Assembly: GCA_965222375.1 (NCBI GenBank)
Contig: CBDCTZ010000015.1
Coordinates: forward strand, 1,088,001 to 1,152,000
Length of the DNA stretch: 64,000 bases
Direction: 5' to 3'
DNA from: Polyangiaceae bacterium
GTDB lineage: Bacteria; Myxococcota_A; Polyangia; Polyangiales; Polyangiaceae
The position numbers and the translations under genes were made by a program. The notes below the pieces were generated by a model. It worked only from the letters and a program-made list of their open reading frames with translations. It had not been told where the DNA came from and searched no databases. Positions 59,979-64,000 of this stretch are shown here, one piece after another; within the stretch, counting starts at the first letter, position 1; each line of letters starts with the position of its first letter.

Positions 59979-60152
59979 TTAGACTCTGCAGCCTTTGCGG
60001 CGCTTATTGCAGAACAAGAACAAGTCGCCGCTGAGCGGGTCACGTCTCAAACCCGTCTGCACGAGACCAAAGAGCCCGTCGTATCCCTTTCTGAGATCGA
60101 CGGGCTCCGGGTACGCGAAAACGCGTACCGCACGACTGGTGCCAAGGATCAT
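59979..60152 (-). pseudogene. tnpB: Truncated IS66 accessory protein TnpB
   Basis: Manual translation MILGTSRAVRVFAYPEPVDLRKGYDGL...DPLSGDLFLFCNKRR..*. Confidence 0.85.
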
Positions 60153-60499
60153 TCAAGCGCTCGCAACAGATCGGCGGCCTGCGCTGCGCTCAGCCCGCTG
60201 GCGCGCCAGATCGTGACCGAGACCGACCCCCCGGCAACGCTGAGCGCGTCGTCGACCACCCGCACCGGCACGACCTTGCGTTTGGAACTTCTTCGCGGCG
60301 GCTGCCCGACACACCAGCGCCGCACCGTGTCCAAAGCAACGCCGAGCTCCAGGGCGAGCTCTGGCCAAGACTGCCCCGCTGCGTGGCGCGGACGCGCCCA
60401 CTGCACCACCCGCTCTCGCAATTCCGCTGAATATCGCTTCCCACGCCGCTGTCCCCCCTGCGCCAAGTCACGTTTCAAAGCTTCAAATTCGTCCGTCAT
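60149..60499 (-). CDS. IS66 TnpA-like HTH protein
   Basis: RYSAELRERVV...LALELGV..TVRRW...VPVRV; ATGA overlap with tnpB. Confidence 0.75.
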   Translation of the reverse strand: MTDEFEALKRDLAQGGQRRGKRYSAELRERVVQWARPRHAAGQSWPELALELGVALDTVRRWCVGQPPRRSSKRKVVPVRVVDDALSVAGGSVSVTIWRASGLSAAQAADLLRALE

Positions 60500-60866
60500 C
60501 TGCCACCGTCCTTTCGACGGCGACGCCAGCACGATCACCCGCCTACGTCACGGCGGGGCAGGCAGAGCACTTACGGTCAATAAGTGCAGGCGGACGACGG
60601 AGTGGAGAGCACTTGCGCTCGATAGCCTTCAGAGCGACGCGATACTGGCGCGCTCCACAGGCGTGCGGCAAGCGCATCAGTCGCCCAATGGGGTAGCGCA
60701 GGCGCCCAGAAACTAGGTCACTTGCGTTTCGCTTTTGCGACTGTTTCGCAAGAGGAAGAAGCGGCCGGCCCGTGGGGAGCCAGGTCGCCAGGTCTACTAG
60801 CGCCCCAGGGGCCGGAGACGACGGCGCACTCGGAGGCTCATGAACGACCTACGTCGAGCGCAGGGG

Positions 60867-61283
60867 CTACATCTGCTCCAACTTGAACTCAACGTGGTCC
60901 TGAACGATTGGTTGCCCGCACTCTGGCTCATACTCGACGTGGACGCTGCTTGTGGCAGGGAAGTAGCCAGGTGCTGTTACCTCGACCTCGTAGTCTGCGT
61001 GCCTGTCCGCGTTGACGAGAACAGTCCCACAGTCGCACACGAACACACCGGGGTCGGTGCAAACGATGGTCTTCTCGTAGGTTCCAGCTGTGATGTGAAG
61101 CGTGATGTCGCAAATCTGCATTCCTGTTTTGGAGTCAAGTACATCCACCACGAAGTTGGCGATTCCCCCACCCGAACAATCCTCTCCGCTGTCACATGCT
61201 GGGCCTGCGGCAGCTAGCGAGAGCGCTAGCAGGACTCTGCTGAGATGGTGTCCTCGCGATGCAGTACGCGAAAGTTTGGTCAC
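60867..61283 (-). CDS. Small lipoprotein (carboxypeptidase-regulatory-like fold)
   Basis: GPAC lipobox; VDVLDSKTG, YEVEVTAPGY; GTGA overlap with upstream gene. Confidence 0.5.
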   Translation of the reverse strand: MTKLSRTASRGHHLSRVLLALSLAAAGPACDSGEDCSGGGIANFVVDVLDSKTGMQICDITLHITAGTYEKTIVCTDPGVFVCDCGTVLVNADRHADYEVEVTAPGYFPATSSVHVEYEPECGQPIVQDHVEFKLEQM

Positions 61284-62641
61284 GGCACCGTCTGCGCAAA
61301 GCTCGAGATCTGATTTAGGTCGTATTCCACAATCTGGTCGAAAAGCTGGGATGGTTGCCCAAAACCCGGCGTGGCGTCGGCGACCACCAGTGTGGAGCTC
61401 GAAATGCCCAACGGAGTTCGAAAGTGTCCGGGCGGAGTTGGGATCGTCCAGAGCGCGTTCGTGTCGAGGTTCGCCACCAGCACGCTTGACACCCCGTTGC
61501 CGTACATCGTCACCCACTTCCCAGCGGCGAATAGCGGATGAGGCGTGTACTTTAGCGGGAGCTTTGGCCCTGCTTTGGGCACGATCTGGTCAGGATCCAG
61601 CTTCAGGTCGGACCAGTAGAGCTGTGCCGTGGAGTAGTCGGAACCCGGTAGCGCGCTGCCAGTCGCACCGACCCAGACAACGCGATCGTCTGTCGCTGCA
61701 TGCTGGACGACATGATAGCTGGCCTGGAGGAGCGTTCGTGCCCCACCTTGCTTGGTCCAGACCGCGGTGCTCGCGGTTGGGCCGCTCCAGTCCCGCCATA
61801 GAACTGCTTGTCCCACGCCGCGGGGGTGTTCCAGCGGCCCCGGGCTGCTGTACACGGTCGAGAACGCCGTCGAGGTAGTGTCAATTGAGACGCCGATCAC
61901 AGAAGACGCTGCAATGTGGCCCCAGCCTCCGACAAGATCGAAGTAGCGACTGCCCAGCTTGTGCGTTGGACTTGCGAAGACCACGCTGGATGACAACGTT
62001 TGGCCCAGAGTGGCCTGCCCGTCGTTCTGCAGGAGCTGAAACACCGAGGTGTGATTCCTCGAGAATGACATGGTGCAGTCGTCACCGTAGTTTCGGACGA
62101 TGCTCACTGGCTTCCACGAGGGGACTTCCAGTGCAGCAACCCAGCCTGCGCCTGGTGGTAGCCTCACTCCAGCCGCGAGGTAGATCGTTAGCGCCCCCTT
62201 GGTCGTCCGGCTGCCGGACCCGATGCGATTGGCCCCTTTCCAAGGAGCGTCCGGACCATTGACAGCCGCAGCTCGGCGGCACCCTGTGCCGCAGCTTGTC
62301 CACGAAAAACCAGGCCACTTCAGCTTGGTCACCTCCCCCACACGCACGTCGCAACTGGGCTGTGTTAGCACCGCTTTCCAGGCGTTATCAAAGAGCCATT
62401 GATACCCCGGTGCATCCACGTCGATTTGCGCGTCCGTGAGAGGACCCGTCCCACTGTCTTTGGCGGAAGCGTCTGAAGGAGCATCCGCTGGGGAGCCGTC
62501 CTTGGTCAGCAGCCCGTCCAAGGTAGCATCGTGGCTTCCGCTGTCAGACTCGCCGCTGGTGGGACCGCCAGAGCATCCCGACCGCGAACAGGCGGACGCG
62601 AGCAAGAGCATAGCGAGCGTCGCGTCGCGAGCTCGCTTCAC
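61280..62641 (-). CDS. Hypothetical lipoprotein (propeller-like)
   Basis: LASAC lipobox; WTSCGTGC; beta-rich. Confidence 0.65.
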   Translation of the reverse strand: MKRARDATLAMLLLASACSRSGCSGGPTSGESDSGSHDATLDGLLTKDGSPADAPSDASAKDSGTGPLTDAQIDVDAPGYQWLFDNAWKAVLTQPSCDVRVGEVTKLKWPGFSWTSCGTGCRRAAAVNGPDAPWKGANRIGSGSRTTKGALTIYLAAGVRLPPGAGWVAALEVPSWKPVSIVRNYGDDCTMSFSRNHTSVFQLLQNDGQATLGQTLSSSVVFASPTHKLGSRYFDLVGGWGHIAASSVIGVSIDTTSTAFSTVYSSPGPLEHPRGVGQAVLWRDWSGPTASTAVWTKQGGARTLLQASYHVVQHAATDDRVVWVGATGSALPGSDYSTAQLYWSDLKLDPDQIVPKAGPKLPLKYTPHPLFAAGKWVTMYGNGVSSVLVANLDTNALWTIPTPPGHFRTPLGISSSTLVVADATPGFGQPSQLFDQIVEYDLNQISSFAQTVP

Positions 62642-62644
62642 GCG

Positions 62645-64000
62645 TCACATCTCCTTTGGAACTGCATCGGGCAGAGACTGTGTGGTGGAGAGAATGTCGA
62701 GCCTAACGCCCCAGCTACGTCGAAGTGCTACGGCAATGCCGCCGTCCGTGGCCTGCGGCTGTAGCACCATCCGTCCGTGCAGAACACGCGCCCCCGCAAT
62801 GTGAACCTTTTTGCCCTTCGGCGAAAGGCGTATGGCGAACGTGACGGGCAGCTTAGTTCCGCTCTTCAGTAGCCAGATGTGTCCATCCTCGCTGGTGACT
62901 ACCGCGAAGCGGTCCGCAAACGGACCGCGCGGCCACTTCGCGAGCAAGCTGCTGGCGCCTGAGGTCATATCGTAGGCTAGCAGCCGGACCTGTCGGAGCT
63001 TCAGAAGCCACGGGTGCTTGTGCTTTCGCCGCTTTTTCGGCTTCTTGCCCTTGTGTTTCTTCCACTTTGTTCCTGACTTCTTGCTTCCAGACCCCGCATC
63101 GGAAGGCGTGTCCGGTTGCTCGAATAGCTCCATCTCGTCCAGAACCAACAGGCGACGATTGACGTAGTCATACCCGGCGGCAAGCACAAGCCTCGGTCGG
63201 TGATCTGGTTCCCTGAACAACCGACGCCAGAAGCGGCGGTCTAGATCGTAGTGCCATATCTCGCTCAACGTTTGCTGATCTTGCACGCCACCCACCAAGA
63301 AGAGACTGCGCTCGGTGGCCGACAGGGCTGCGAGGCTACCCGATCTATCCCTTGGAACGAACTTTGACGTCGGTAACGAGTTGAAGGCCGGTTCGGTGAA
63401 CGGCGGTTCCATGAGGGCAGCAGCCATTCCTGGGTTGGGATCGCCACAGAGCTCGGGCTGCTCATCGCCGAACTTCCCGTTGGGTAGGCAGTCGACCTGC
63501 CCGTCACAAGGTACGAAACAGCTGGCATTGCATGCCAATGTGCCAGTCGTGCAGGCAACGCCACTTGCATCACATACGAATGGAGACTCATCGTTGTACT
63601 GGCTATCGACTTCAAGCAAACAGGTGAGGTCGGAAACGGGAATCTCGGATGACACTGAGTTGCCGATCACCCCGTCGCAGGGAATGACGCAGCGCAGCCC
63701 ACCCGCGCATCGCGCAAGGACGCGGCCAGCGGTGCAAGTGACGCCCGAGCTTGGCGTTGGAATCGAAAGCGTGCCTTCGGGAGTTGTCACAATTTCAGCA
63801 ACAGGCCCCGACTGAATCCATGGGTCGCTAATGGCAACGGCCTGCGTGTTCAAGGAATGCCGTCGCAGAAGCGCTGGAGGCTCGGCAGGGTTCACCCACG
63901 CAACACCGCCAGTCGTCAACAGCGACCGGAGTGTTGGGGAGACGAAAGCAGTCACGTCAAGAGGCTCGGTGGTTCCCAGGCTGATGACCGTCTCGGTGTT
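62645..64000 (-). CDS. C-terminal part of a large hypothetical protein (Cys-rich segment, Kelch-like repeat)
   Basis: LFLVGG...IWHYDL..W; frame probably continues beyond the window. Confidence 0.55.
   Translation of the reverse strand, partial: NTETVISLGTTEPLDVTAFVSPTLRSLLTTGGVAWVNPAEPPALLRRHSLNTQAVAISDPWIQSGPVAEIVTTPEGTLSIPTPSSGVTCTAGRVLARCAGGLRCVIPCDGVIGNSVSSEIPVSDLTCLLEVDSQYNDESPFVCDASGVACTTGTLACNASCFVPCDGQVDCLPNGKFGDEQPELCGDPNPGMAAALMEPPFTEPAFNSLPTSKFVPRDRSGSLAALSATERSLFLVGGVQDQQTLSEIWHYDLDRRFWRRLFREPDHRPRLVLAAGYDYVNRRLLVLDEMELFEQPDTPSDAGSGSKKSGTKWKKHKGKKPKKRRKHKHPWLLKLRQVRLLAYDMTSGASSLLAKWPRGPFADRFAVVTSEDGHIWLLKSGTKLPVTFAIRLSPKGKKVHIAGARVLHGRMVLQPQATDGGIAVALRRSWGVRLDILSTTQSLPDAVPKEM

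Larger units (their letters stand above)
59930..60574 (-). mobile_element. Internally deleted IS66-family element
   Basis: Left end GTAAGTG at 60574; tnpA-like and truncated tnpB; no tnpC; right end degenerate and position approximate. Confidence 0.75.

Overview
High-GC bacterial DNA that looks myxobacterial (Polyangiaceae/Sorangiineae-like). This is inferred from a Hanks kinase-PEGA-FHA/sigma54 cluster, MYXO-CTERM proteins and many Gly/Cys-rich lipoproteins. 0-24.5 kb: signalling genes, a lipoprotein cluster, an oomycete-type transglutaminase homologue and an acyl-CoA dehydrogenase pair. 24.6-24.9 kb: a 50-bp palindrome-bearing tandem array. 25-30 kb: core genes (rplU, rpmA, Cof-HAD, mutL, miaA). 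30.3-49.3 kb: an accessory block. It holds a ~2.7k-aa lipoprotein-anchored teneurin-like RHS/YD protein with a Cys-rich tip plus a coupled TPR gene. Next comes a complete group II intron (39579-41539, minus) inserted in a long palindromic repeat whose empty copy lies at 48.2 kb; the intron appears to end in non-canonical AG with a compensating C at gamma. Then follow a near-identical orphan RHS core with a second Cys-rich tip and partner gene, a decayed IS with repeated left ends, a hairpin-flanked DUF559 nuclease and an Rpn gene with an internal start. 49-64 kb: lipoproteins, PHP hydrolase, YjjJ/HipA-like kinase, GST, Cys-less thioredoxin fold, sulfatase-like gene and an IS66 remnant. No tRNA, rRNA or CRISPR-Cas seen. 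All calls are from reading motifs by eye; no searches were run.
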